From: a virus | Strand: one strand, 5' to 3' | Virus genome (UHGV): UHGV-1834803 | DNA: 42,379 bases | Shown: in pieces, positions 1 to 9,333 of the stretch | How positions within the stretch are numbered: the first letter of the stretch is position 1 | Layout: each line of letters begins with the position of its first letter | Position numbers and translations under genes: made by a program | Notes under the pieces: model-generated | The model's input: only the letters and a program-made list of their open reading frames with translations | What the model was told of the DNA's origin: nothing | Databases searched by the model: none

Positions 1-58
1 TGTATTAATCTGAACCAGATCTGGCAGATATCTGTGCAATTTGCAGATAGCTGTCAGA

Positions 59-535
59 TCAAGCCATCGTAGGGATGTCTGTATCCACTTTGAACTCAGG
101 TACACCAACGAACTCTTTAACCTTCATCTGATAGCCGGTTCTGTCAGTCTTGATCGTTTCCTGCTTGCCCTCGATAAACTGCTCACGCCACTCGTCGCGA
201 CGGGAATCTGGCATAATCAGCAGAACGTTAGTCATGTCCGTGACCTTCCTCCAGTACTCGGCCCAAATATTCTGTTTCACCCATTCCAGATCGACTTTAT
301 CCAACCAACCTCGATTTAAACGCGAGCGATCTTCATCTGGTCGATGGTTTAGTCTCAGCAGGCGATTAATCATGTTGTGGCGTTCGTCGCCATAAACGAA
401 GTCGTGAACCTGATACATGAAGGCGATCTCTTTCTCGCACTCGGCCACAATTTCGTGGATGACGTTCATTTCCTGACGATAATCGATAGCAGTGTTTGAG
501 TTGGCATCGTCGATGATGGAAAGAGCTGTATTCAT
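59..535 (-). CDS. hypothetical protein (158 aa)
   Basis: Intact ORF in track; no motif recognised by eye. Confidence 0.4.
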   Translation of the reverse strand: MNTALSIIDDANSNTAIDYRQEMNVIHEIVAECEKEIAFMYQVHDFVYGDERHNMINRLLRLNHRPDEDRSRLNRGWLDKVDLEWVKQNIWAEYWRKVTDMTNVLLIMPDSRRDEWREQFIEGKQETIKTDRTGYQMKVKEFVGVPEFKVDTDIPTMA

Positions 536-536
536 A

Positions 537-576
537 ATTGCACCATTAAGAAAAGATTTGTTTAATGGTGCAATTA
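537..576. promoter_or_regulatory. 14-bp perfect inverted repeat AATTGCACCATTAA-N12-TTAATGGTGCAATT, operator-like
   Basis: Read directly; sits immediately upstream of the minus-strand start at 535; no T-run, so not a classic terminator. Confidence 0.35.
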
Positions 577-638
577 TTTCAAAAATGAAAAGGTGCTAAA
601 TAGAAATTAACAGGCAATCCTTTAAATAAAGGTATTTG

Positions 639-1253
639 CTAATCATACTTTGAGGTATTTATAACCAGGATTTTGTTTGTATAAATCTTCTTAATATCCC
701 ATGTGACATTACCGGAATACCATTGACCGTTATATACTTGGTTTCCAGTTGCACCGGTCATAGTTACATAGACAGGTCTGTCGTAATCGGTTCGTCTATA
801 GTTATAAACCCCAACCATAGCAGGCATTACCGCACACGGATACCCCACATCTATGGTAAATTGAGGGTCCGAAATAGTGATAAGTTTCGCATCAAGTGGC
901 ATCATCTCACCGTGATACACCATTGCGCCTGCGCTGTTATACATGGCAATGCCATAGCCAGAATGTGGTAACACCATATCAGAAAAAGCATAAACTGTTA
1001 TTGTTCCGGGGCTACCATTTACCTGATGCAATCTGAGAGCATTGTATCCGTTACTATGTTCATGAATAAACATCATGTTCGCCTTATTACTGCTTTTTAT
1101 GAAGAAAAAGCATGATTTGTTTGATGGGATTGATGTTTTAAAAACAGAACCTTTAGATGCAGACATTGTCCCTTTATTAATCAGATTTTGCGGAGTAAAT
1201 TCAGGACTCATCCACAAACTTCCATCTGATTGAGTAATTGACATCCCGAACAT
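639..1253 (-). CDS. hypothetical Gly/Tyr/Asn-rich protein
   Basis: ORF 639..1310; likely start at internal Met (MFGMSITQ) at 1253, preceded by GGGGA and lying 2 nt after the upstream gene's stop. Confidence 0.4.
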   Translation of the reverse strand: MFGMSITQSDGSLWMSPEFTPQNLINKGTMSASKGSVFKTSIPSNKSCFFFIKSSNKANMMFIHEHSNGYNALRLHQVNGSPGTITVYAFSDMVLPHSGYGIAMYNSAGAMVYHGEMMPLDAKLITISDPQFTIDVGYPCAVMPAMVGVYNYRRTDYDRPVYVTMTGATGNQVYNGQWYSGNVTWDIKKIYTNKILVINTSKYD

Positions 1254-1255
1254 AA

Positions 1256-1537
1256 TTATCCCCAGTATGTGTATATGTAAGAACCAAGCCCCGTATATAA
1301 ATTTGACCAACTAACCGTATTTCCATTAATAGTAACATTTGGAACAGGTAAATTGATGTAGTTGTCGTTGTTAAGAGGCATTAATGACCACACGGCATGT
1401 AGTGATTTACCCGGTGGCGGATTAGAGTACGTCTTAGAGCCTGATGACGCCGTAAATCGATCAAGAAAAAAAATAGGTGTAAGGAAGCCAGTAACGTTAA
1501 TTCCTTTATTGTTGTAAATCCCTGTACCGTATGCCAT
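1256..1537 (-). CDS. hypothetical protein (93 aa)
   Basis: Intact ORF abutting the next gene; Gly/Asn/Tyr-rich. Confidence 0.35.
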   Translation of the reverse strand: MAYGTGIYNNKGINVTGFLTPIFFLDRFTASSGSKTYSNPPPGKSLHAVWSLMPLNNDNYINLPVPNVTINGNTVSWSNLYTGLGSYIYTYWG

Positions 1538-1591
1538 TTTTCACCCTTGTTTTTATCAACACAATATGGCCGATCATGCGGCCATATCAGA

Positions 1592-2161
1592 TCAATTAGA
1601 GCTTTGAAAGACTTTGTGTGGTTGTGTTGCGAGGTTATGTCGATGGCTTAACTCACGCATCATGTCTTCAAGGCGACTCTTTGTGTCGTCGAGTTGGTCG
1701 GCCATTGCTCCCAAAAGCTGACGAACGGCCATCGGATCATCGCTGTTTAGTGATGGCATTTTATAACCTGCTTTAGAAGACATAAGGTTAATTGCAGACA
1801 TCAACATCGTTAGAGAGGATTTAAGCCCGGCAATTTCACGATTTTTGCTGGCAATAATCGCCTCACTCTTGTTAGTGTCATCAGTTCGTTGAGTCTCGCT
1901 CACCATATCCAAAGTCGCCTGCAACTTATCAGCGCGCTCTTTTTCAGCAAGATAATGAACACCGAAATGATGTGCTAAAGCTACAACCTGAGTTGGCTCT
2001 TCAAAGATGGACTCAAAATTAAGTGCTGTAACCACTCTCTCAAATATGGAAACGTCTTCTATTCCTCGAAGAATGGCTAACATTTTGACCAGTTCATTAG
2101 CATCCATTTCTTCGAATAAGGCGTTTTGTTCATCAGCTATCGCTTTGCATTTCTTGCACAT
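1592..2161 (-). CDS. hypothetical protein (189 aa)
   Basis: Intact ORF; start preceded by the conserved AGGAAAAACACATG context. Confidence 0.45.
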   Translation of the reverse strand: MCKKCKAIADEQNALFEEMDANELVKMLAILRGIEDVSIFERVVTALNFESIFEEPTQVVALAHHFGVHYLAEKERADKLQATLDMVSETQRTDDTNKSEAIIASKNREIAGLKSSLTMLMSAINLMSSKAGYKMPSLNSDDPMAVRQLLGAMADQLDDTKSRLEDMMRELSHRHNLATQPHKVFQSSN

Positions 2162-2179
2162 GTGTTTTTCCTAATGCTT

Positions 2180-2196
2180 AAACAAGTTGTTTTCTT
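2180..2196 (-). promoter_or_regulatory. conserved palindromic motif AAACAAGTTGTTT(TCTTA)
   Basis: One of five near-identical copies, each 15-40 bp upstream of a minus-strand start codon. Confidence 0.4.
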
Positions 2197-2458
2197 ATTG
2201 GCTTTATTGTGATGTGGCATAAAAGGGGAGCAAGCTAAACGTAAAGGTGCAAACTCTCTATTTCGGTCAACGAAACACAAGGGCCATTTGGCCCTTGTCA
2301 TTAACACGTTGCTTTACGGACTAGCGGATAAGCGAAGTAGATCGCCAGACCAATGAGGACGCCATCAGAAATGACAGACATCATCTTTCCCGTAAAATCC
2401 ACCAACACCGCCATCACCAGAAGAGCAATGACGGTCACAAGCCGGAATCTCTCAAGCA

Positions 2459-2884
2459 TTAGAGATAAGCATCCAGTGACAACTGAAGCGCCTGGGCGAT
2501 CTTTTTCAGCGCCTGCTCTTCTGGTTCATCAATGCCGTCTTGGTCGGCAATATCAAGGCACAGACACAGTACATCTACTGCATCATCAGTCCCGGCCACA
2601 TCCGCCAGCTCACGTAAAGCCTGGGCATTAGCACGGCGCGGTGAGGCTTCGTATTGAGCGCGGATATTGGCGCTCATCTGGGCAATCTCACCAGCAAAAG
2701 GAGAAAATGCAGGCAGAGCTGCAATTGTTTTCTCAAGAATGGAAATTTCTTTTGCATCGCATGTACCGTTGGCATAGGAGATCATGTACCCACCCCACAC
2801 GGTGGCTTCAACCGCATCACGGTTCTCCATTTTTTTGACTTCGATAACTGCTTTACGAGTTTTCTTTTTGAAGAAACCTAACAT
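2459..2884 (-). CDS. hypothetical protein, possibly TerB-like
   Basis: C-terminal acidic helical segment (DIADQDGIDEPEEQAL) weakly resembles TerB-like domains; by-eye only. Confidence 0.35.
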   Translation of the reverse strand: MLGFFKKKTRKAVIEVKKMENRDAVEATVWGGYMISYANGTCDAKEISILEKTIAALPAFSPFAGEIAQMSANIRAQYEASPRRANAQALRELADVAGTDDAVDVLCLCLDIADQDGIDEPEEQALKKIAQALQLSLDAYL

Positions 2885-2907
2885 GTGTTTTCCTTTTGCT
2901 ATTTGTC

Positions 2908-2925
2908 AAAACAAATTGTTTTCTA
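2908..2925 (-). promoter_or_regulatory. conserved palindromic motif AAACAAATTGTTTTCTA
   Basis: Second copy of the recurring motif, upstream of the start at 2884. Confidence 0.4.
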
Positions 2926-2977
2926 GTTACATAAATTGCTTACGCAACGACGGTCAATGCATATGCACTAACAAACG

Positions 2978-3175
2978 TCAGAAATAACCAAGTACCGAAC
3001 CGACTGGAAAAATAAAAATCCCAACTACACGAGCCAAGGTCATGCCAGCCTGAAACTGGAGATCGCCAGAGCAAACAAGTTTTATAATGTTCGATACCCA
3101 ACCGGCGGCCATGAGAGCTATGAAAGCCAGAATCGCCAGCCAACTTTTTCCAAAGTGATTTGAAAACCAGTTCAT
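2978..3175 (-). CDS. small membrane protein (65 aa)
   Basis: Two hydrophobic helices (WLAILAFIALMAAGW; VVGIFIFPVGSVLGY). Confidence 0.4.
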   Translation of the reverse strand: MNWFSNHFGKSWLAILAFIALMAAGWVSNIIKLVCSGDLQFQAGMTLARVVGIFIFPVGSVLGYF

Positions 3176-3423
3176 ACAACCGCCTTAGTCACAGCATGAT
3201 CCAGAGTAACTGGATGAACTTGAGGTATCGCATCCACCGTCATCCCATCCAGAATGACAGGACGCTCCACTGGAGTGGTGGTAATGGTCGTCGACGAAGG
3301 TGTGGTGATGGATAAATCCGGCATCAAAAGGCTCTGGCCGGCTGGAACGGCTACCGTCGCCAGTGAAACTATAATGAGAACGTAGGCCATTGGTTTCAGT
3401 CTCTTTCTTTGAAAATTTTCCAT
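3172..3423 (-). CDS. hypothetical small protein with N-terminal hydrophobic segment (83 aa)
   Basis: Overlaps 3185..3679 in another frame; signal/TM-like N-terminus; Thr/Pro-rich middle. Confidence 0.25.
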   Translation of the reverse strand: MENFQRKRLKPMAYVLIIVSLATVAVPAGQSLLMPDLSITTPSSTTITTTPVERPVILDGMTVDAIPQVHPVTLDHAVTKAVV

Positions 3424-3679
3424 CCGAACGATCCTTGTTGTTTTTCTCCTTCACTAAAGGCCGTGCATTTTTCGCCTCACGTGAAGAACCGGAGGTAACA
3501 ATCGCCCCCACGTTCGCAACAACTGACGCTTGCTCATCTAAACGTGCCTTAAGCAACAGAACGGTAGTCTCTAATTCATCAAGACGTGATAGAAGGCGAC
3601 CGCTAAATAATTCGGCCAAAATTTGACGTAAAGAACGAGGGCGTTTAGTTGCAGGAGTTAAAAAAAATTGACGTGCCAT
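3185..3679 (-). CDS. hypothetical protein (N-terminal coiled-coil-like, low-complexity C-terminus)
   Basis: N-terminal ~80 aa look protein-like; C-terminal Ser/His/Asp-rich part may be frame read-through. Confidence 0.3.
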   Translation of the reverse strand: MARQFFLTPATKRPRSLRQILAELFSGRLLSRLDELETTVLLLKARLDEQASVVANVGAIVTSGSSREAKNARPLVKEKNNKDRSDGKFSKKETETNGLRSHYSFTGDGSRSSRPEPFDAGFIHHHTFVDDHYHHSSGASCHSGWDDGGCDTSSSSSYSGSCCD

Positions 3680-3824
3680 TTGGACTCCATCCAGTGTCAG
3701 AAAGAGTTGCGGCTGGCGATTGCCAGCCGCCTTTCTCGTTCCATCCTGGAACTGTGTCTTACCGACACATTGTCATCCTGACGCCGATAAGATACATGAT
3801 TTAAAATTATAGGTAAACACTTAC

Positions 3825-4418
3825 TTACTGTTTGTTATAAACAAAACCAATATCTTTCTTGTGAGGCATATCTGCTGCGGAAAAAGCTGCGATCTTCGCG
3901 AGTCGATCACATATTTCATTTTCACGATGCCCGGCGTGGCCTTTAACCCACTTCCAGCGAACATTATGTCGACTTGCGGCCTCATCCAGACGCTTCCACA
4001 GATCAACATTCTTTACCGGTTTTTTGTCAGAAGTCATCCATCCATTGCGTTTCCACCATTTCATCCACTGTGTCATGCCGTTTTTCAGATACTGGCTATC
4101 AGAGTGCAAAATAACGTTGCATGGATATTTCAAACGCTCCAGCCCGATAAGTGCCCCCATCATCTCCATACGGTTATTGGTGGTGCTATGAAAACCATCT
4201 GAGAACTCGCGTTCCTCACCACGATACTGGAGAACTATACCGTAACCGCCCGGGCCACCCGGATTTTTAAGGCAAGAGCCATCACTGAAGATTTTCACGG
4301 TTTTAAGCTGGGGATTGAATTCTACGACAGGCGTTGTGGGATTGGTGCGGGGAGAATTTTTGTTTTTGTCTTTTTTGCGAGTTTTTGCTTGCGACCGGGC
4401 TGGTGTCTTCGACGTCAT
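3825..4418 (-). CDS. rnhA: ribonuclease HI with basic N-terminal extension
   Basis: [21 protein letters not shown]...[11 protein letters not shown]...HSDSQY...KPVKNVDLW...[12 protein letters not shown] closely matches E. coli RNase HI from memory. Confidence 0.85.
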   Translation of the reverse strand: MTSKTPARSQAKTRKKDKNKNSPRTNPTTPVVEFNPQLKTVKIFSDGSCLKNPGGPGGYGIVLQYRGEEREFSDGFHSTTNNRMEMMGALIGLERLKYPCNVILHSDSQYLKNGMTQWMKWWKRNGWMTSDKKPVKNVDLWKRLDEAASRHNVRWKWVKGHAGHRENEICDRLAKIAAFSAADMPHKKDIGFVYNKQ

Positions 4419-4439
4419 ATAAACTCCTGAATCAAGCGC

Positions 4440-5001
4440 CGCGCCGATTTTTTTTCCTCGCGCGTGCGCACACGCGTGCGTGTAATAATTATTAAAATAA
4501 ACAAATTACTTCCCAGTACAGGTTTTTATAAACCTGAACTGAACGAACGAAGTGAGTGAAGTTCACCTCGAACGAAGTGAGAGGTTGTCTTTTCAGGTAA
4601 TACTCTCCCAGGGAGGTGAGTATAAAATTCCTCACCAACCTGGTCGTTTCATAACCTGAAAAGTTATGGTCTAAGTCTACTGCCAGCTTAGACTTGGGAA
4701 GTTATGGATGACAGCACCCCAGAACCGAGATCTTCCCACACTTTATGAAGGGGAGTACTGGATTCAACCTCTCGAAACACCCCAGACTCGACAATCATAA
4801 AGTGACCCTTGTCTCCGCTCACTTTGGTTCCCCCTTCCCCGACACCTAAACGGCACCGGTTCTACGCTGGTAGTGAGCTTTTTTAAACCTGACGCCAGTG
4901 ACGCTTACCCCCACCCATCAGGTCGAGTCTCCAGTCTACGACTGGAAACTATCAGATCTTAGCACTTACAATTCATCTTATGAATAGTTTGTACTTATCT
5001 A
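4440..5001. other. ~560-bp ORF-free, hairpin-rich region (candidate structured ncRNA or regulatory/origin region)
   Basis: No ORF >=60 aa on any frame; alternating GC tract, direct repeats GAACGAAGTGAG, several nested stem-loops. Confidence 0.3.
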
Positions 5002-5232
5002 TCATTTCGATTGATTATTTTCTCGACCATGTAGTTGAACATTCAAGGCAAACACCTCGTTGATCAACTCACCTAAAAGCTGTTCAACAAGTTCGCGATG
5101 CTCCCCAAGATGCAAGCACTTAATTGCCCATTCGTACAAGTTGAAAGCCTGCTCGCGATCTTTCATCATTTCACGAGCCTTAGCCAGAAAATCGCTCTCT
5201 ACGAGCGCAACAACATTGGTCGGGTATGGCAT
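5002..5232 (-). CDS. hypothetical protein (76 aa)
   Basis: Intact ORF with SD-like context. Confidence 0.4.
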   Translation of the reverse strand: MPYPTNVVALVESDFLAKAREMMKDREQAFNLYEWAIKCLHLGEHRELVEQLLGELINEVFALNVQLHGRENNQSK

Positions 5233-5418
5233 GTTAGTTTTCCTTAAAGTGGTTCATAAAATCGATTTTAAAGCGTCTGGGAAGGGGTTCTAGTGGATTC
5301 TGTAGTGGTGTTCAGGTCTGGAATCTCTGATACAAAACAGCCTGCTTCCGTATATTAATAATTAATATGTAGTTATTTATATATACAGAAGCAGGCTAAT
5401 TACAGACGCCAGAACAAA

Positions 5419-6012
5419 CTAAGCAGCCTTCTTTGATGGTCTTTTTTTCCTGACCACATTCGCAGGATCATACCCTCCCAGACTTTTCATGACGTCCAAA
5501 GGGATCTTGCTTATAGAGTGCCCAGCGTCCTGACAGAATCCTCGAAAAACAACGAGCATACTGCCACCGGGGTTGATGTTTACTTCTACCTGACCCAAAT
5601 TGACGTCAGGCTCGACAAACGCTACGCGGCCACCAGACAGAATAATCGTCTCATTCGCATACTCTGTTGCACGCTCATACCACTTTGTATCGAGGGATTG
5701 AGGAATTAGCATCACTGTTGTAACTCCGCGAGCCTGCTCACGTATAGCAGCATCAATCCAGGGGGAGATTTTGGAGTAGGGTGGATTGAGGAAGGCAATT
5801 GTACCTGGCTGTCCCCATTCAGATTTCAAAGCATCACGCTCAATGCCTATGAAATTAGGCAGCTTTGCGTTGTCCTTGTTGCAGGCAACGTCAACATCAA
5901 ATGTCACTCCAAGATAACGTTGAATGGCAGAAAACAGCCAATCAGGTGTTCTCCAGAGGTCACGAAGAGAGTTGTCGCGCTTTCGCTGTTTGATTTTTTC
6001 GGCTGCAATCAT
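5419..6012 (-). CDS. DNA N6-adenine methyltransferase (phage Dam family)
   Basis: NPPY-type motif (FLNPPYS) and overall layout typical of small phage Dam-like MTases. Confidence 0.65.
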   Translation of the reverse strand: MIAAEKIKQRKRDNSLRDLWRTPDWLFSAIQRYLGVTFDVDVACNKDNAKLPNFIGIERDALKSEWGQPGTIAFLNPPYSKISPWIDAAIREQARGVTTVMLIPQSLDTKWYERATEYANETIILSGGRVAFVEPDVNLGQVEVNINPGGSMLVVFRGFCQDAGHSISKIPLDVMKSLGGYDPANVVRKKRPSKKAA

Positions 6013-6076
6013 CTTCTTTCTCGATAGGTAAGTGATTACCTATTTTTGCATTTGATTTTATGTATGGCAATCAAAT

Positions 6077-6120
6077 AAAACGCGCCAGAAATGCGAACAA
6101 GAAGCTCTCTGGCGCGTTTT
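6077..6120 (-). terminator. intrinsic terminator hairpin (AAAACGCGCCAGA...TCTGGCGCGTTTT)
   Basis: 13-bp stem flanked by A- and T-runs, downstream of gene 6195..7004; a second perfect hairpin follows at 6125..6154. Confidence 0.45.
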
Positions 6121-6194
6121 TGTGGTGCTGGGTATGGGTTAGCTTACCCAGCACTATAAAGCTCTCTATGGGCTTTATTTTCAGTAGGGGAACG

Positions 6195-7004
6195 TCATCC
6201 AATAGTGTACTCCGCGACAAACTTCTTAACGATCGGTGATTCTTCGTTCAATGTTAGATTTCCACCGTCTCTAACAGCAATTCCTGTAGCTGGAAATACA
6301 GCCATCATTTGCCCAGCCTGAGTTGACGCAGTGTTAAGCGGATACGGTTTTTCTGGATTGCTCATTAAAGCAATCTTAATACTATTACTTGTAGCCTTCT
6401 TTTCTGTGAGAAGGTGTCTCATGGAAATTACCGTGTAAACACTAATATCTGGACCTCCGCTAAACCAATTAAGAAGGTTTAATATCTTATCCTTTGCTTT
6501 GACAGGCGCGTTTTCGTAAGCGTCTAAGAAAATATCTTTTTCTAAGCCTGCTTTATTGAAAAACAAATCATCTTTATCACTTAAAGTAAAACGAGGACCT
6601 CTTGCAGTACGAGCTTTTTTATTTGTATTGCTATCATTTGACTGTTGAACTTTTAATTCATCATTAACCTCAACACACTCTTCAACCTCAATAAATCCCA
6701 ATTGTTCTGGCTCGTTTTCGGCAGATTCAACACTTTCAGCCTTAATTACGTTTATAGGCTCATGAGCTAACTCCAACTCATTTAAAGCGGAGCTGAAATC
6801 ACCTGCTTTTTCTTCATTGAACAGTTCTTCGGCAACATCATCAGAACTCATGGCTACGCCAGCATCGAGGCCGAGAAGCAGATCGTCAATATCATCAGTA
6901 TTTTCAACCTGTGCAGCTTTTTTTACTGGTTCATCAAGTGATTGCAACATGGCTGTCAGCTCATCCAGATCATCATTTGTCATTACATTTTCAACCGAAC
7001 TCAT
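6195..7004 (-). CDS. hypothetical acidic protein (269 aa)
   Basis: Asp/Glu-rich N-terminal half; no motif recognised. Confidence 0.45.
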   Translation of the reverse strand: MSSVENVMTNDDLDELTAMLQSLDEPVKKAAQVENTDDIDDLLLGLDAGVAMSSDDVAEELFNEEKAGDFSSALNELELAHEPINVIKAESVESAENEPEQLGFIEVEECVEVNDELKVQQSNDSNTNKKARTARGPRFTLSDKDDLFFNKAGLEKDIFLDAYENAPVKAKDKILNLLNWFSGGPDISVYTVISMRHLLTEKKATSNSIKIALMSNPEKPYPLNTASTQAGQMMAVFPATGIAVRDGGNLTLNEESPIVKKFVAEYTIG

Positions 7005-7119
7005 GTAAGTCTCCTTCTGTTTAGTTGCATTTGCGTTTCGATGGCTACATTTTGACTAAACCTATCAGGCGGAAAAGTATTAAATACAGGCAGGAAATGA
7101 TTGAAAGGCGACTGTTCTT

Positions 7120-7160
7120 TAAAAGAAAGCCTGCTTCAAACTCTCTTTAAAGCAGGCTTT
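7120..7160 (-). terminator. intrinsic terminator hairpin (AAAGCCTGCTT...AAGCAGGCTTT)
   Basis: 10-bp stem with flanking T-run on the minus strand, directly after the stop at 7165. Confidence 0.45.
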
Positions 7161-7164
7161 TGTT

Positions 7165-7722
7165 TTACACAATTTCAGAGGGTAATTTAAAAAATCCGTA
7201 TTTATTACGTGCCTTAAAGAAGCATTGCATCATTAAGTTTGTGTCATATAAGGCACTATGTGCTTTGGCATGATCGTATATAAAGCCAAGAGAGAAGGCC
7301 AATTCTTCAAGGCGAGGACGTTTACCGTCTTCTGTGGCCCACAATCCCGATAACATAGTATCTATAACGGGAACGTCTGGCAGTCTTACTCCATACCCTG
7401 AAAACTCGTGTCGAATAAATGGTATATCAAACGCTTCGCCGTTATGAGCAATCCACGCACTACATGCCCCCATATAAGCGCCAATTTCGCTGGCATGATT
7501 TGACAACAAAGGTTCAGCTGCGAGCTGTTCTAATGAAATGCCATGAACGGCTTGAGCTTTCGGATCTATGTTTCTGCGAGGGTTAAAACGCATCTCCAGA
7601 CTATCAATATGTCTCTGTGTCTCCAGTTCATAGCGGGTAATTGCGATTTCAATAATTTTATGACCAGCAAGGAAATCCAGTCCCGTAGACTCGATATCGA
7701 TGCCTGCAACAATCGTTGTCAT
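7165..7722 (-). CDS. DnaQ-like 3'-5' exonuclease (DEDD family)
   Basis: Exo I motif GIDIESTG; later H..xxxD region (AHSALYD). Confidence 0.7.
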   Translation of the reverse strand: MTTIVAGIDIESTGLDFLAGHKIIEIAITRYELETQRHIDSLEMRFNPRRNIDPKAQAVHGISLEQLAAEPLLSNHASEIGAYMGACSAWIAHNGEAFDIPFIRHEFSGYGVRLPDVPVIDTMLSGLWATEDGKRPRLEELAFSLGFIYDHAKAHSALYDTNLMMQCFFKARNKYGFFKLPSEIV

Positions 7723-7731
7723 CAGAACTCC

Positions 7732-8151
7732 TTACAACTTCTTAGCGCCCTTAAGTAGTGCGCTACGTACAAATTGAGCCGCTTTTTTCAAAGTTTCTTC
7801 ACTGGTTTCACAGACAATCGGATCTTTCCACTTACCTGACGCAGTGTTGAGAATATTGATTTGGTTGCTATCCAGACAAACAGAGATATAAAGCACCGTG
7901 CCACCAGCCAGCATCAAATGCATAGGAAACAGAGGCTTTTTACTGTCTTCACTGAACTGAGACATGGCGATGTTAATGGCTTCACCTACTTGTGCGCCAA
8001 CAAGCCCCTGCGCAGTTTCGAATATGGCACGAATAGCCAGACGAGCCTCTCGATCGCTCATAAGCGACCGGGAATGTTCGTCCGCTACACGAATCAAAGC
8101 CTCTGTTGTTTTCCGATCTAGTTCATCTTCAAGCAACATTTCACTAAACAT
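7732..8151 (-). CDS. hypothetical protein (139 aa)
   Basis: Intact ORF tightly packed between neighbours. Confidence 0.4.
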   Translation of the reverse strand: MFSEMLLEDELDRKTTEALIRVADEHSRSLMSDREARLAIRAIFETAQGLVGAQVGEAINIAMSQFSEDSKKPLFPMHLMLAGGTVLYISVCLDSNQINILNTASGKWKDPIVCETSEETLKKAAQFVRSALLKGAKKL

Positions 8152-8212
8152 TTTTTATCCTTAACCCATTTTGAGAGTTTTATTGTCGCAATGTCGAAGA
8201 GGCGAACAATTT

Positions 8213-8857
8213 CTAATGAACGGTCACTCGGCCACAGAACCGGTTTTCTATCTTTTCTACAGCGTTATCTAGCATTCTCATCACTGATCTGGCTCTTGCT
8301 TCAACCGTGCGATATCGGTTGGAAACGACGAAGGTTTGCAGATCCCCCCTTTGCGGATGCAGGTGAATTTTTGTCAGTTCCCCGCACATCAACGCATCAA
8401 TACGTGCGACATACAGACGGTCTAATGATGCTCGTTGTGATCGCAAGTAATCTCGCTCTGAGAGAGCGACTCCCGGGCGTAGGCCAGCAATGGCGTTAAA
8501 GTTTGAAATAGCAGTTTTGTGGCAAAACTTTTCGATATCGAGGGCTAACTCAATACATCGATCTTCATTGGTATGGCCGACCAAATCCAACGTGTAGGCC
8601 ATAACATCAGCAGGTGTGCGATCGATAACAAAGCCTTCAACACCACGCGTAAGTAGCTCTATATGCTTTGCTATTTCCATTTGAATCTGAAGCCGCTCAT
8701 ATAGAGGCATAGACTCACCTACTCGAACACCGAGTCGGCTCATCAAACTTCCGACACCAGCATCCACGTAAGGGATTCCGTAATGTTTGTCGATATATTT
8801 TGCCAGGGTTGTTTTCCCACTGCCCTGAGCACCAGTGATCCCAATCCGGTAATCCAT
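8213..8857 (-). CDS. P-loop NTPase, putative (deoxy)nucleotide kinase
   Basis: Walker A GITGAQGSGKTT near N-terminus; sits in a nucleotide-metabolism cluster. Confidence 0.5.
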   Translation of the reverse strand: MDYRIGITGAQGSGKTTLAKYIDKHYGIPYVDAGVGSLMSRLGVRVGESMPLYERLQIQMEIAKHIELLTRGVEGFVIDRTPADVMAYTLDLVGHTNEDRCIELALDIEKFCHKTAISNFNAIAGLRPGVALSERDYLRSQRASLDRLYVARIDALMCGELTKIHLHPQRGDLQTFVVSNRYRTVEARARSVMRMLDNAVEKIENRFCGRVTVH

Positions 8858-9333
8858 TACGACCTTCTGTATACGATCTGCGAAAAGCCAGGCTCTTCCT
8901 CGCTGGCTCGTTGGGTAAAAACTGTTTCAACAGGCACAAAGCCTAAATTACGCATCATGCTTGCCGGGAAGAATGCATCGGCGTTTGGCACATCAACGCC
9001 GATGTGGGAGAGCCAAATCTCTTCAACATGCGGCATGAATAGCGAGTAAATTTGTTCCCCGCCAATCACCCACACAGGCTCTGGTAATCGCAACACATCA
9101 TCCACACCAGCAGGGTAGAATCCATTTGGTACAAAGCCATGAGAGCGCGTCAAAACGAGGTTATGACGCTCTGGAAGAGGGCGTTTGAGACTTTCCATCG
9201 TTTTACGCCCCATAACGACAGTGGCGTTTTTGGTGAGTCTCTTAAATAGCTTCAGATCGGTAGAACAACGCCAGGGCAGTTCGTTCGCTATGCCGATCTC
9301 ATAGTTACGGCCAACAGCAGCTATCATCTTCAT
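8857..9333 (-). CDS. folA: dihydrofolate reductase
   Basis: MKMIAAVGRNYEIGIANELPW...VVMGRKTMESL...PERHNLVLTRS matches the DHFR fold signature. Confidence 0.8.
   Translation of the reverse strand: MKMIAAVGRNYEIGIANELPWRCSTDLKLFKRLTKNATVVMGRKTMESLKRPLPERHNLVLTRSHGFVPNGFYPAGVDDVLRLPEPVWVIGGEQIYSLFMPHVEEIWLSHIGVDVPNADAFFPASMMRNLGFVPVETVFTQRASEEEPGFSQIVYRRS

Noticed and set aside
3172-3679. Rz/Rz1-type embedded spanin pair
   Set aside because: The embedded ORF lacks a lipobox cysteine and the outer ORF lacks an N-terminal TM segment; kept only as an unexplained overlap.
4440-5001. tmRNA, RNase P RNA or group I intron identity for the ORF-free region
   Set aside because: No tRNA-like 3' end or recognisable conserved core elements could be found by eye; left as an uncharacterised structured region.
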